Assembly (NCBI RefSeq): GCF_009914755.1 | Contig: NC_060934.1 | Origin: the human T2T-CHM13v2.0 reference genome, Homo sapiens | Length of the DNA stretch: 64,000 nt | Direction: 5' to 3' (one strand) | In this document: positions 1-13,237 of the stretch, piece after piece | Position numbering within the stretch: the first letter of the stretch is position 1 | How the letters are laid out: each line of letters begins with the position of its first letter | Notes under the pieces: generated by a model | What the model was told of the DNA's origin: nothing | Seen by the model: only the letters and a program-made list of their open reading frames with translations | Databases searched by the model: none | Program-made: the position numbers and the translations under genes

Positions 1-267
1 GGCCAACTTTGAGCCCAGAACTCTCGGGTGCAGTCTAGAATGATTCCACCTACCTTCCATTACCCTTTCTTCACTCCGGGAGACCACACTCCATTGTGGT
101 CTGCTGGTTACCCCAGGGTTGTCCTTATTTCTTGTCTGTTTCCTCCCTATATGTCTCCTTCCTTGTTTTTTCTCATACAGGATTTTTCCTTAATAGGATT
201 CTTACACATTTAATCCAGTTTTGATGTCTACTTCTGTGAAGGCCCCGGGTTATGCATGTTTTGAATG

Positions 268-485
268 CAGTGGTTCTTAAACTTCAGTGAGCACTGAATC
301 TCACAAATGGTTCTCAAACTTTAGTGAGCATTAGAATCACTTACGGGAATTTATAAAACCCAGATTGCTAGACCCCACCCCTGCAGTTTGTGATTCAGTA
401 AGTCTACGGTGGGACCTGGGAATTTACATTTTCACAAGTTTTGTGGTAATGCTGATGGCAAAGGACTACAGTTTGAGAACCACTC
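268..485 (+). mobile_element. MER5A-like hAT-Charlie MITE with a duplicated left end
   Basis: TGGTTCTCAAACTTTAGTGAGCATTAGAATCAC...CAGATTGCTAGACCCCACCCC...TTTGAGAACCACT resembles the MER5A consensus; an extra copy of the first ~33 bp lies at 268-300. Confidence 0.8.
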
Positions 486-619
486 TGTTAACGTATAACA
501 CACACAATTTTAATATTTGTATAAGTTTGCCTATGTATGTAAATTTGAAGAAAAATATCTGGGAAGCAACAGAGCAAAGTGAAAATGGTGTCTTTCTCTA
601 GAGAGGTCAATGGGATTAA

Positions 620-855
620 AGTCAGCATGTTATGTTGGCTAAAGCATGAACTCTGAAGTCACACATCCTGGGTTCAAATCCCAATTTTATAACGTGCTAT
701 CTGTGGGGCCTTAGACATGTTCTTAACCACCCCATGCCTTGGGTTCTCATTTGTAAAATGTTGATAGTTATAACACCAATCTCTTGAGTTGTCTGGAGGA
801 GAATATGAATTAATACATGTAAAGCACTTAGAACTTTGCATGTTTAGCACTTGTC
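620..855 (+). mobile_element. MIR SINE
   Basis: CCTGGGTTCAAATCCCA...CTCATTTGTAAAATG...ATGTAAAGCACTTAGAAC core motifs. Confidence 0.8.
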
Positions 856-1175
856 CTATACCTCTCGTTTATAGGAAGCACACTGTAAATACTTATTTTA
901 TTTTTTAAATGAAATGCTGGTAACTGGTTCTTTAACTCTATCAGTTTGATTTTTTTTACAAGAATTGGTAATGTGTTACTCATATAATTAAAGCCTTTAA
1001 ATAAAAAGAAGAAAAACAGTTGTGCATACTTGTGTGTACAAGGCATATTCTATATTCAATCTACATGCAATGTTTGGTGAACGAATGAAGAACAGATTCC
1101 TTGCAAACTTCTTTCCCACCTTCCATCCCTTTGCAGGCCCTAAACTCAAAGTTATGAGCCTTTATTTTATTGATA

Positions 1176-2045
1176 TATTTATTTATTTATTATTTCAATT
1201 AAAAAATATATAAATAAAATAAAGGTGGGACAACAGGTGGGTTTTTTTTGGTTACATGGATAAGTTGTTTCTGAGATTTTGGTGCACCTGCCACCTGAAC
1301 TGTGTACACTGTACCCACTGTGTAGTCTTTTGGCCCTCACCACCCCCCTTAAGTCCCCAAAGTCCATTATGTCATTCTTTTGCCTTTGCATGCTCATGGC
1401 TTAGCTCCCACTTATCAGTGAGAATAGACGATATTTGGTTTTCCATTCCTGAGTTACTTCACTTAGAATAATGATCTCCAATTCCATCCAAGTTACAGCA
1501 AATGCCATTATTTCATTCCTTTTTTATGGCTGAGTAATACTCCATGGTGTACATATGCCACATTTTCTTTATCCACTTGTTGGTTGATGGACATTTAGGA
1601 TGGTTCCACATTTTTGCAATTGTATATTGTACAGCTATAAATATGTGTGTGCAAGTGTATTTTTCACATAATGACTCCTTTTCCTCTGGGTAGATATCCA
1701 GTAGTGGGATTGCTGGATCAAATGGTAGTTCTACTTTTAGTTTTTAAAGACTCTCATACTGTTTGTCCTAGTGGTTGTAGTTGTTTACATTCCCACCAGC
1801 GTTGTAAAAGTGTTCCCTTTTCACTATATCCACACCAACATCTATTTTTTTTTTTTATTTTTAAATCATGGCCATTCTTGCAGGAGTAAGGTGGTATCAC
1901 ATTGTAGTTTTAATTTGCATTTACCTGATATTTAGTGATGTTGAGCATTTTTTCATATGTCTGTTGGCCATTTGTATATCATCTTTTGAGAATTGTCTAT
2001 TCATGTCCTTTGCCCACTTTCTAATGGGATTGTTTTTTTTTTTCT
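1176..2045 (-). mobile_element. L1PB-like LINE-1 3' end (3'UTR plus end of ORF2)
   Basis: GGTTACATGGATAAG...CTGAGATTTTGGTGCACC...AGCTCCCACTTATCAGTGAGAA...GTAGTGGGATTGCTGGATCAAATGGTAG, antisense L1. Confidence 0.85.
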
Positions 2046-3439
2046 ATCTAGTTATGAGCCCTTAAATAAGGCAACTGCCACTGCTTTGTTGGCCAAATTT
2101 AAAAAAATTAGTGTAACCCAAATACAAATAAGGCCCTGCATGGCCCAGTCCGTACAGAGTCAGAATCGAAGAAGCACAATCCTTTGGCCAAAACTAATTA
2201 AAAATGAATTCCCCAAACACACAGAAATATTAAAGGAGAGCCATTGAACAACCTCAACAACAGTTCTTAAAAATCCCTCTCTCTCTTCCTCCCCAGTTCT
2301 TCTCAAACAGTTGTTTGGAGTTTTCCACATTCCAGTCTCTCTGCACTCCACTCGCCCAAAAAGCTCTTCCTGATTGGGAACTAGTTTTTCCCTTTTCCTG
2401 CCCTCTCTCCTACTCCCAAGTTCTTTAAGATCTATATTGATGTATTCTCTCTGGGTTCTTTGTATTTCGATTTTTACTTCCCCATTTCTGAATTCAGCAC
2501 ACAAACAAAAGCCGAGATTAGCCCAAGAAGAGAGATTTCTCCCAACTCCCCATTTCACTATTCCTCTAACAATTTTTCTGCATTTGCAACCCAGAAAGCC
2601 CAGGGAAAGCCTGGGTGTACTTGCCTGTTAACAGCGGAGGTCCCTGTCACACTGGATTCATCAAGGAATCAGTTTAATTAAGCCTGTAGTGCTAACAGAC
2701 CTCCTGTTTTTAAAAGGAGACACTGCTGCTATAAGAAGTTCCCTTTTCCTGGGCACATAATCCTATTTTAACATTGCGCTATTGGCCATGAAACCTTCCT
2801 GCATTAGGCAAATTATCAAGTAAATCATGTACCACTTATCAGGAGAAGGGTGATCAAGAAGTGAGAAGTTGGAAGAACCTCCTTTTTTAAAAAGAATTTT
2901 TGGTTTGTTTTTCCAAATTTCTTTATATATTGATTTATTTAACAGTTATTTTCTGAATCTTAAGCTAAAGGATACGCATATGTTATCTCGTTCCCTCCTT
3001 GCTTGCTACTCCAGCTACGAAGTTGCCATTTTTCATAGGAATAACCTGGGACTCAGGGAAGTCAAATAACTTGCTTACGGTCACTCAGCTCCTAAGTGGC
3101 AGAGCTTCTGTGATCTTTTCACTGTAGTAGCTATTTTGCTACAGTAGGAAGTAGCGAAGTTCAGCTCCATTGTTCACTATCTCTATGAGATTAAAAATGT
3201 TTCTTAATATCTCTAAGCCTCACTTATCTCATCTGCAGATAGGGTTGTAAATACCTAGCTGAGGGACTTTTTATGGAAATTGAATTAATTTACAGACATG
3301 AAAGTATTTAGCTCAGCACCTAATCCACTGTAGGTATACTGCAAGTTTTCTGGTGTATGTATTCGTTTTTACAGAAGGAAAACCATGGCCAACATGACTG
3401 GCTGATTTTGTAGGTTAGGTCACTTCCTACTCATCACAA

Positions 3440-4480
3440 CTCCCTTCTAGCTTATCTTTTCGTATTGTAGATGCCATCAAGCTAAAAACAAAGCAAAATA
3501 AAGCTCCATTTCCCAGACTCTTTTGCAGCTAGAAATCTGCATATGATCTGAATTCTGTCAAGTAGGTGTACCATGCAAATCTTGGAAGTGAAGTGAGCAA
3601 TAGCAGTTGGTCGCTATGCACAGGAAGATCAGATGTGAGGGCAGGGTGGTGTAGGCATCTGTTAGAGCTGGCTAGGGTGGAGTTCCTGCAGCCCATTGCT
3701 CAGCATCATCAGTTCTGAAGAGTAGGCCACAGGGACCTTGTGTTTCACAGTATAACATGGTCCCATGGTGTGGGTTGCTATTTCTCCCAGCGAAGTGGCC
3801 CCTTCGCTGCGATATTGCTTGTGGCATTTGAATCTGGTTTTCCAGCCCACCTAGAGATTCTATGATCTGTATAATCCTCCTTAAGAAATCTTTTTCTATA
3901 AATCATTCTACTGTAAAGACACATGCACACGCATGTTTATTGCAGCACTATTTACAATAGCAAAGACTTGGAACCAACCCAAATGTCCATCAATGATTGA
4001 ATGGATAAAGAAAATGTGGCACATTTACACCATGGAATACTACGCAGCCATTAAAAAGAATGAGTTCATGTCCTTTACAGGCACATGGATGAAACTGGAA
4101 GCCATCATTCTCAGCAAACTAACACAGGAACAGAAAACCAAACACTGCATGTTCTCACTCATAAGTGGGAGCTGAACAATGAGAACACATGGACACAGGG
4201 AGGGGAACATCACACACAGGGGCTTGTTGGGGGGTGAGGGGCAAGGGGAGGGATAGTATTAGGAGAAATACCTGATGCATGCAGGGCTTAAAACCTAGAT
4301 GTTGGGTTGATGGGTGCAGCAAACCACCATGGCACATGTATACCTATGTAACAAACCTGCATGTTCTGCACTTGTATCCCAGAACATAAAGTATAATTAA
4401 TATTTTTTAAAAAAGAAATCTTTTTCTGCTCAAATTGACTAGCATAGATTGCTGTTGTCGAAAACTAATATTCAAAGACT
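3440..4480 (+). mobile_element. MLT1-family (ERVL-MaLR) LTR split by an L1PA insertion
   Basis: CCATTTCCCAGACTCTTTTGCAGCTAG MLT1 motif; the LTR-like 3' end resumes after 4427; boundaries approximate. Confidence 0.55.
3898..4412 (+). mobile_element. 5'-truncated L1PA (L1PA8/10-like) with 15-bp TSD
   Basis: ORF2 C-terminus MFIAALFTIAKTWNQPKCPS (ORF 3933-4175) plus L1 3'UTR; AAGAAATCTTTTTCT at 3883-3897 and 4413-4427. Confidence 0.95.
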
Positions 4481-5938
4481 GACATGGTATCATCTAAGAA
4501 CATGGAACTGGAAATGTCACCCTTTAGTGTCCAAGTTGTCTACTGGCATGTGACCAGCATTCTGAACTAACATATTTTTAAATACATAGTATGGTTCCAG
4601 GTGGCACTATCAAGGCAAGGAACAAAAGACTGATGGGGGAACAAAAAGAGTTTCTGAGTTTTCTCTTGATTTTTATTTTATGAATTATTTTAACTATCTG
4701 TAGTAATTTCACACTAACAGTCCTGATGCACCAGGAAATGCTGACTATAAAGGTAACAGGGACATTTGAAAATTTAAAACCCAAATTATAATTCTGCAAA
4801 ACAATGAAGTCAATTTCCAGGTCCCCAACAGCAAATCATATCTATGGTTAGCAACTGGTATTGTTCTTATTACTGGTTAAATGGAAAACCAAAATACAAT
4901 ATTTAGACAAGATTAACAAAGATTCTGCACGATGAAGAGATAGCATAGAACATCTCACAGCAAGCTAGAGAGAATAAGGTATTCAGTCAAAGAGCACCAG
5001 CTTCCCGTTCTGCCATGTGCTCAGTGACTCTGGACAAGTTAAGGGCAGAATATCTACATAGCTTACTTTACTGTGTGGTGAAAATTAAATGAGACAATGC
5101 CTGGGAATGGGCCTACCACATAATAAATATTCAACTCATGATGGATACTTCTTGTTTTCCTTTTACCTATTTCAGTAAATAGAGCGGTATAGCACAATCA
5201 GTTGCTGCACTTCTGAAATATTCTATGTGCATTGAATTTTGAAATATCAAGTAAGACTTGATCTATGTCAGGGGGAAACCCATTGTAAAACTTTTTTTTT
5301 TTTATTTTGCAAAATGAAGCTCTTTTTGTGATGTGGGCAGCTCTTCATGTAATTTCTTAGCTTTCTAAGTTTGGATTTTTGCCTGAAGTTTCATATTTTG
5401 TGTAAGGACAGGGCACCCTTCTCTCTCAAGCTTCAAAATAAGGATGGCCTTAGGAATGCTTATTGTGGTTAGTCACTCTAAATGGGTTTACAGACATCAG
5501 AGCCTGAGGGTGAGGGAACCAGGCTGATGAAATGAGAACCACACCCAACATCTGTTCCTCGGTGGCAGCTTTAAAGGAATCTGCTTTACTTACATGGGTA
5601 CCTGTGAGCAATAGGTAGAAATCTGCCAGGGTGTTGGTCTGTGTCTCTGAAACCCTCCACTCCTCTTCCATGTCACCCATTCTATCTCCCACAGTTTTCA
5701 GTCCTCTGTTAAGCTCTCTACGACCACACCAGATGGTCACCTCCACCATTGTTAATTCTGGTGATCAGTTTTCCACATGTCCTCCATCTTGACTTGTCAC
5801 TGCCTTCATGTAAGATGCTGTTACTGCCTTCTCGCTTCATGCAGTAGATTAGATTAAGACCAGACTCACTCCAGGCACACTCTGCCTTGGTCCTTGGGAT
5901 GTGCTGGGGAGAGGCATTGGATACTTTCTCTAAAGTAC

Positions 5939-6405
5939 TGTGTGGTAGAGACCAGTGGTTTTCTTCCAATGTGCAATTTCCCTTCCTACCACAAAGACTA
6001 CATTTCCAAGCCTCCCTGGCAGCTAGGTGTGGTCATGTGACTAAGTTCTGGTCTTTAAGACGTAAGAGGGTTTTCTGGAAAATATCCTTAGGAGGAAGAA
6101 CATGCCCTTTCCATCCCCTTCCCTCCACTCCTTCTTCTTTTTCTCTGGATAGTGCTAAAGATGTGATGGCTGGAGCTGTGGCAGCCAGTTAGGACCATGT
6201 GGAAGAAGGCACTGCTGGCAATGACAGAGCAACAAAGTATGTGAAGCCCGGGATTCTGATGATCATGGAGGTGAGGCGCTATTTCTGGACTGTTGACCTG
6301 TGGACTTCATGTATGTAAAAGACAAATACATTTCTTTCTCATCAAAGTCACTATTATTTTCAGTTTCTTGTTGCTAACAGTTGAACCTAATCCTAATTGG
6401 TGTAC
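5939..6405 (+). mobile_element. MLT1 (I/J-like) solo LTR
   Basis: TGTGGTAGA...ACTACATTTCCAAGCCTCCCTGGCAGCTAGGTGTGGTCATGTGACTAAGTTCTGG...CCTAATCCTAAT. Confidence 0.75.
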
Positions 6406-6544
6406 AGACAGAAACTCTACCATGCTAGGGGGTAAAAGACCACATGACCAGAAGCCTGGAGGTAGGATTTTATCCACCACCCATCACTCATCTTGAGAAT
6501 CACAGCACTCACCTGCTTTCCCATCTATAAAAGGGGCAGAAAAA

Positions 6545-6730
6545 ATGGTTCTTAATTTATTTTGAGTTACAGAACTCTGAAAAATGTTGCTTAAATCTGT
6601 GGGTCATCTCCTAAAAAAATACAGATAGATACAAATATGCAAAGTTTTGCAGAGGATATCAGGAGATTCCTTGGAGACCTCTGTAGCGAGTTGATGAATT
6701 CCTTATTGGTCTAAGCACCAGATTAGAACC
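6545..6730. mobile_element. Degenerate hAT-Charlie-type MITE
   Basis: TGGTTCTTAAT...GATTAGAACCA inverted ends around a ~180 bp body. Confidence 0.45.
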
Positions 6731-6899
6731 AGAACTCAAGAAGATCTTTCAGCTTTAGGAACAAATCAACACTCTCATTTTTTGGTTGTACATTATTGTT
6801 TTAAAATACTTTTCAATTCCTTTCAACTAGGAACAAAATCAAAACACATCTGAAAAAAGACACAATCCCAAATCTCCTAACAGAGTACATTTCTGGGTC

Positions 6900-7100
6900 T
6901 TATATCTATATAATATATACCCATATATAAAAGTACATCATATGTAAATATATACTACAATTATATGTGTGTATTCATGTCTGTGCATATGTATATCCAT
7001 GCACATATATTTACATACACATGTATATGCATGTATATATGTTCACATACACATACACGCAATAGATATACATATATAATATAAAAATTGTATACATATA
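6900..7100. repeat. (TA/CA/TG)-rich low-complexity repeat
   Basis: Degenerate TATATG/CATACA units. Confidence 0.8.
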
Positions 7101-10100
7101 GTTAAGGGTTTTTTTTTGGCTTCAAGGCATTTAGGTAGATATGTGATAAGCCAGAAACCTTCTGCATCTGCCAGCCTGGAAAGGGTCCTTGTCACTGTGT
7201 TAGTTCCAGTCCTTAAACTTTCAGGTCAGCTCCTACTTGGCACCTTTCTGGCTAAGTCAGGAGGCCACAGCACCAATGGATCACACATGCTGAGCGGCCC
7301 CTTGAATAAAGCCAGCACTTTGGGTCTGGGGTGCATGGAGGAACTAGTGAGACAAGCTCAGCCCTGAAACTGCCTGCACTTACTCCTTCCTTAGATAAGC
7401 AGTGGTAAATCCCTGCCACCGTCCCTCCAAGGTGCTTCCAGTAGCACTGCTATTAAGTGACCACTGAAGGTAAATAAAGAGCGAAAGAAAGAGGGAAGGC
7501 CAAGGAGGTGACTTAGATGACCACATTTTGCCACTTAGAGGTTACCCAGCTCTTGCAAAACTCTGTCTTCCTTGTTTACTTAGCTGTTTCTACACGTGAA
7601 CAAATGGACCTTTTAAAAAAAATAAAAGCTGAGTAAGAGGCTTAGCTGTATCCTTAGACCCAAGTTTTCCACAGGTTAGATTAGCTATAAATTAACCAGT
7701 CTGCAAAATATATAAATAAATAAATTGCTTTGTCTGAGCTATCTCCAGTAGGGCTCTGCCTGCTTGTTATGAAGCCTGGTGGCCGTTCCACTGCCCAGTG
7801 CTTTTATAAATACTAATGAGTGACATATTGAGAAAAATTGTACCTACAAAAGCAAAGTCTTCTTCCATGCAAATCAGGCCCCAATTCCCCACAGATAAGG
7901 ATCTTTTTGATGGAACACATGCAAAATCTCCAGCTCTTAATTCTTTCATTAGTATTCCAGGCAGATGGCTGCCAAATAACAGAGAAAACTGTCTGAATTG
8001 CTGTGTCTGAAACCTAATATTGATTTGTTTAATAGTGTCAGGAAGTCAAAATTCACAAATCTCCTGTCGATTGTTTATGAGGCAGTTAGCAGAGAATTGG
8101 TTGCCCCTGCTTAATTAATAACTCATTACTGAAATTTGATTATATGCTTGAATGCTTTAAATGGGTTCTAACACAGCGTCTGCAAAGTGGCGTAACGACA
8201 AGGTAAGGCAGCTCAGGAAGCTTCTCTATTTAGACTTGTGCCATTAGAATTTCCCCACAGTCATACAACACAGGCCTCTGGTGACTTTCCTCCTAGAGGC
8301 AACCTCCCTGGTGTTAGCATGTTGGTTTAAAAGGTGTTTTGGGGTCCCCTGGACTGAAGAGAGGGGGGTCTAAAATTTGGGGTGGAGACATTTCTAAAAA
8401 AAACACTAGACGCGGACACATCTGCGGTATTATCTGTGGGTGCACAAATTCTAAGGTAGGAGTTCTGACGGAGGGGATTAGCTGGTGACAAGATTGACAA
8501 CATTCTATTATTCAAGTGTTGTTTTGAAAAATGACAATTCAGCATGGCCAGTCACCCCATGTGGACAGACTGGCAGGATCAGAGCTGAGGGTGTTCCTGG
8601 CATTATCTGACCTTGTACTCTGAGGCTGGGGGTCTCTGGGGGAGGCTCTCACGGTTCCACACAGCCCAGTGCCAGGGACAGATGGGGAAAGTTAAAGTGA
8701 CATCAGAGGATGAGCATGCCTCTGCTGTATCTCCAGATTAAAACACGAATGCCTTTGAGAGATAATGCCCTCCAAAGGTCTGGCATGGGCATGCCAGGCA
8801 CTGCCATGGGCTGGCAAGGGCACTGCCCTCCTGACCAACTTATAGCCCCCACCCTGCTGCCCCACCCATCAGAAAACTGGCTTTCACCAGGGATCAACTC
8901 CAGCCCAGGCTGAGTCTGGGCAACTCTGAATCCCCTTCTATTTTTGTTTTAGGTTCAACCAAGGGGAGAAAGCAGAAGGAAGGGGCTTCCTAGCTTTGCC
9001 CCTTTTTGTATCCTGCTGAAAGCTGTGGCAGGGGTTGAGTGTGAGGAGGCATGGGGACATGAATGAGTTTCCCCTCTGCAGCATTTGCCTTGAGTGGAGG
9101 ATGGGGTAAACTTCCCAGTGTAGCCCAGAAAAAAATCTAGCTCACAGTGGCTGAAGACTGTTGACTTAACAGCTATACAGGCACCTGCAGACACAGGTTG
9201 TATGACGGGAGCGCATCTGTTGAATGCTGTTGCAGTTATGTCACAGGCAAAATAGGACTTACTGGGCTAGTCTGTGCCCTGGTCACTGTGAGTGCATCAT
9301 TTTAGAACATCATTATTTTGGAAAAAAGGAAGGACCACATTCTAAATTCCAAACAGCTGACTCATGAGCGGACTTTTGGAAGCCACCAACCCTTTGTCAT
9401 TGAGAGCTGTCTGATCGCAGGGTCACACAGAGGTGTATAAAGGCCGGACTTCAGGCAGTCATGTGAGCATGCTCACAGAGGCCGAGTCGTGTGGCAAGCC
9501 TCGTGGAGAAGTCTGCAGGCTTCTTGCTCCTAAGAAGGTAAGGAGCAGCTCAAGGCGGTATACAATAAAGCCCCAGGTGAAGGGACTCACAATACAGTTG
9601 GAAGATTTCAGAAGGAGAGGTCACTGCCAGCTGGTAGGGCCAGGGAAGGCTCCTGAGAGGAACCAGAATGGGGCCTTGAAGGTTGGGTCAAATTTCACCG
9701 GGGGAGGGGGGCATTCCAGGCGGGCACAGAAGTGGGCTGGTCAAAGGCAGGTTTCAGGACGGCGACTGGCCAGGCCGGCTGGAAAGGAGGGTAATATGAC
9801 CAGCCTGTCTCCTGCCTGTGGTCTTAATTGAACCAGTCAAGCTTTCAAAATGAACAGTTGATCATTTGATTAAGAAGGGCCTTTGACTCTTTCAAGACCC
9901 GCGGAGACTGATTTTTATCAAAGTGGATCAGAAAGGTTTGCGTGGAGGAATGCTGACCAGATTTGGGAGGGAGGTTCCTTGCCGCTCTTACGGGCCAGCC
10001 TGAACGTCTCTTTCTCAATGAAGTGTTCTCAGCTGGGTGGGCGTCCAGGGCTGAGGCCGGAAATTGCCGCCCAGTTTAGGGTGGCTGGGTCCCAGGGCAA

Positions 10101-11474
10101 TGCTTGCATTTGCTGGTGACAGGAACTTTATCAAGTCCTGCTTCAAAGGTAAAACCTGGGCTTCTCCCAACAGCCTCCAATCAGGAATGCCTCCAAATGC
10201 TTCCACTTGGCTTAAACAGCTCCAGTGCAAGGAAAGGTTGCTGCTGGTGTCTGCCATGAAACCAATTTGTCAAAATGCTATTAAGAATTTTCAGTTATAC
10301 AAAAAAAAAAAAAAAAAGAAGGAAAGAAAAAATAGAGTCAACTTTTTAAAACTCTAATTTATTATGCTTGATTACGCAGCTGGAATGGGAAGGTAGCTGC
10401 TGTTTGTAGTTAAATAACTCCTCACAATTTCTTAAAGAAATGATCTTCAAAGCTTTAACGGGTCAATGGCTCAAGTACAAAGGAAAGATTGATTTTCATC
10501 CTCCCACCCTTTGTTCCCAGAGTTTAAAACAGACACGTTTGGGTAAATTAGTTTGTCTGTGTTATTAATGGAAGAAGTTATTAAACTCCCATAAATATAC
10601 GGTGGTATCTCGCTTAAAAGGCCAAATTTGTTTTAAGGGAAAAAAGTAAGAAAGAAAATGTGGAAAAGCACAGAATGTCTATTAGTTATTCTTATTTCTT
10701 TTCTAGATGTGAATTTGGAGTAGTGAGCTGGAGAAGCAGCTGGCTCTAGATTTATCCCCCAAGTGGTGGGATAAATGCCCGAGGAAGGAGACCCCAGCAT
10801 GTTGAAAAAAAAAAAATCATCGTATTTGATGAAAAGCATTCAGAGGCTGGATTGTAGTAGGGGTAGAGGTACATAGAAGGAGAAGGGTGCAGGAAAGATA
10901 TTCTTTCCACTGCCAATGAGATGATAAAGGACTATTCAGCTTTTAAACCTCAGGGGCTGGTGAACATTTGTTGGCTGAAGGTAGAAGGGTTTTATCTACT
11001 CAAGGCACCTTTTTGGGAGAGGGGATCAGAGATGACTCACCCAAGTGAGGGAGGCAGCCCCTAGCCCACATCCTAGGCCAGAATGTAGGGGAGACGCAGC
11101 TGCAGGAGCCACCTGTGGGGGACTGCACCCAAATAGCTGGAGGTCTGAGGCACTAGTGTGCTTATAAGGGTAATTCTCCAACTGTGTCCACACTTAACAG
11201 CTTATAAACCCTGGGGTTCCATATCTCCTTTGAATCTCACAGTGACCCTGAACAAGGCTTGTGATCCTCCTTTTGCAGATGGTGAAAGGCAAACACAAAG
11301 CATTTTGGTTTTGCCCCTGAGTAGAAAAACAAAACACAGAAAAGCATTTGGAAAGCAGAGAAAAGTGAAAAAAAGAAAACCGTAGTTACCACCAGATGAC
11401 AGTTAGTGTTTTGGGTTCTTTCCTTTTAGACTTTTTTCAGTGACCGTACACACCCATGCTCACGAGCAGACCCA

Positions 11475-11580
11475 CGCTTGCACATACAAAAAGGCACACA
11501 CAAACGCACATGCACACACACGCACACATGCAAACACACACGTGTGTGCGCACACACAAATGCACACTCACATACCCACT
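11475..11580. repeat. Imperfect (CA)n microsatellite
   Basis: CACACACGCACACATGCAAACACACACG... Confidence 0.85.
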
Positions 11581-11815
11581 GAGTGCTCAGTGTGCCAGGG
11601 ACTGTCATAAGTGCTTTTTACATACTCATTCATTTACGTTTCAAAACAACTGTGTTAGGTAGACACTATTACTACCTACATTTTACAGAAAACTGGCACA
11701 GAGAAGTTTTCACTTGCCCCAAGACACACAGATAGTGGAGGTAGGAGTGGGTAAGGATTGAGTCCAGACAAACCAATTGGCTCCAGCCCCCGACCTGTGT
11801 TCCTAACCACTCTGC
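11580..11815 (-). mobile_element. MIR SINE
   Basis: ATTTTACAGAAAACTGGCACAGAGAAG...ACTTGCCCCAAGACACACAG...CTAACCACT. Confidence 0.75.
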
Positions 11816-12529
11816 ATTTGGCCTCTGCACACATCTGTGGAATTATTTAATATGGGTGAAATCATATCATAGCCACAGTATTGCATCCTGCCTTTTTTCC
11901 ATTCAGTATTGCCTCATGAGTGTCTCTCATGCCATTGCAATTCTTCTAAAATGATTTTCGGTGGCTGCACCACCAGATGGAGACGTTTTGGCTAGAGTTA
12001 ACTGCCTTACATGGGACCCACAACCCAGGATTAGAACCAGGTCCTCTGGCTCAGAGTTCAGCACTCTTCCCCTTATACACTGTTGAGATGGTCACAAAAC
12101 AAAACAGAGAAAAAGCATGAATCCAAAAGTCGCCAAGATAAGTTGTCAGATCTGGAAGTGGCCCTAGTACCTGTTAGCTTTGGGCTAAGACTCTTTTTGT
12201 TACCCCAGTTGACCTCATTTTAAACTCTGTGTGAGAAATTAATTTTTGAACTCAAGACCAGGAAAACCTCTGTGTCCCCTGAGAAGCTGATATGCTTCTT
12301 TTCTTTCCTCCTTCATAAATGACTATTTTTCTCTTTTCACTTTTGCCACCAGGAAGCTCAGTGTTAAATCTGAAGCTAAACTGAAGAAACTATGTGGTCT
12401 CTTACGACTGGTTGCCACAACAGATGTTGCCAGGTGTCCTTGGATAGTGACCTCCCATATGAAGCCACTTTCCTCTGATCAGGCCTGACAGCTTCACACT
12501 GTGGAGGGAGCTGAGAACAATAATCTTTC

Positions 12530-12818
12530 AAGGAACAGAAAACCAGACGCCACATGTTCTCACTTATAAGTGGGAGCTAAACAATGAGAACACATGGACA
12601 CAGGGAGGGGAACAACACACACTAGGGCCTGTTGGGGGATGTGGGGTCAGGGGAGGGAGAGCATTGGGAAAACTAGCTAACACATACTGAGATTAATACC
12701 TAGGTGATGGGTTGATTGGTGCAGCAAACCACCATGGCACATGTTTACCTATGTAACAAACCTTCACATCCTGCACATGTACCCCAGAACCTAAAAGTAA
12801 AATTAAAATAAAAAAAAT
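12530..12818 (+). mobile_element. L1PA (older, PA11-13-like) 3' end
   Basis: CATGTTCTCACTTATAAGTGGGAGCTAAACAATGAGAACACATGGACACAGGGAGGGG...A-rich tail. Confidence 0.9.
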
Positions 12819-12883
12819 CTTGAGCATTCAATGTTATGACCTGTGCCACTCTTTATAAAGCTCATGAACAACCATAATCCCAG

Positions 12884-13237
12884 TGTATTAGTCTGTTCTC
12901 ATGTTGCTAACACATACCTGAGACTGGGTAATTTATAAAGAAAAAATGTTTAATGGACTCACAGTTTCACATGGCTGGGGTGGGGGGCACTCACAATCAT
13001 GGTGGAAGGTGAAGGAGGAGCAAAGGCACATCTTACATGGTGGCAGGCAAGACAGCCTGTGCAGGGGAACTCCCATTTATAAAACCATTAGATCTTGTGA
13101 GACTCATTCACTACCACAAGAACAGTATGGTGAAAACTGCCCTCATTCAATTATCTCCACCTGGCTCTACCCTTGACACGTGGGGATTATTACAATTCAA
13201 GGGAAGATTTGCATGGGGATGCAGCCAAACCATATCA
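12884..13237 (-). mobile_element. THE1 solo LTR (ERVL-MaLR)
   Basis: TGTATTAGTCTGTTCTC...CAGCCAAACCATATCA termini; flanks CCCAG/CTCAG (5-bp TSD with 1 mismatch); sits in MIR-like sequence. Confidence 0.92.

Noticed and set aside
3933-4175. 80-aa ORF with a real protein motif
   Set aside because: C-terminus of L1 ORF2p in a truncated L1PA, not a host gene
8935-9545. Plus-strand acceptor (TTTTGTTTTAG at ~8952) and donor (AAG|GTAAGG at 9538)
   Set aside because: About 590 bp apart with no coherent reading frame; isolated splice-like sites are common by chance
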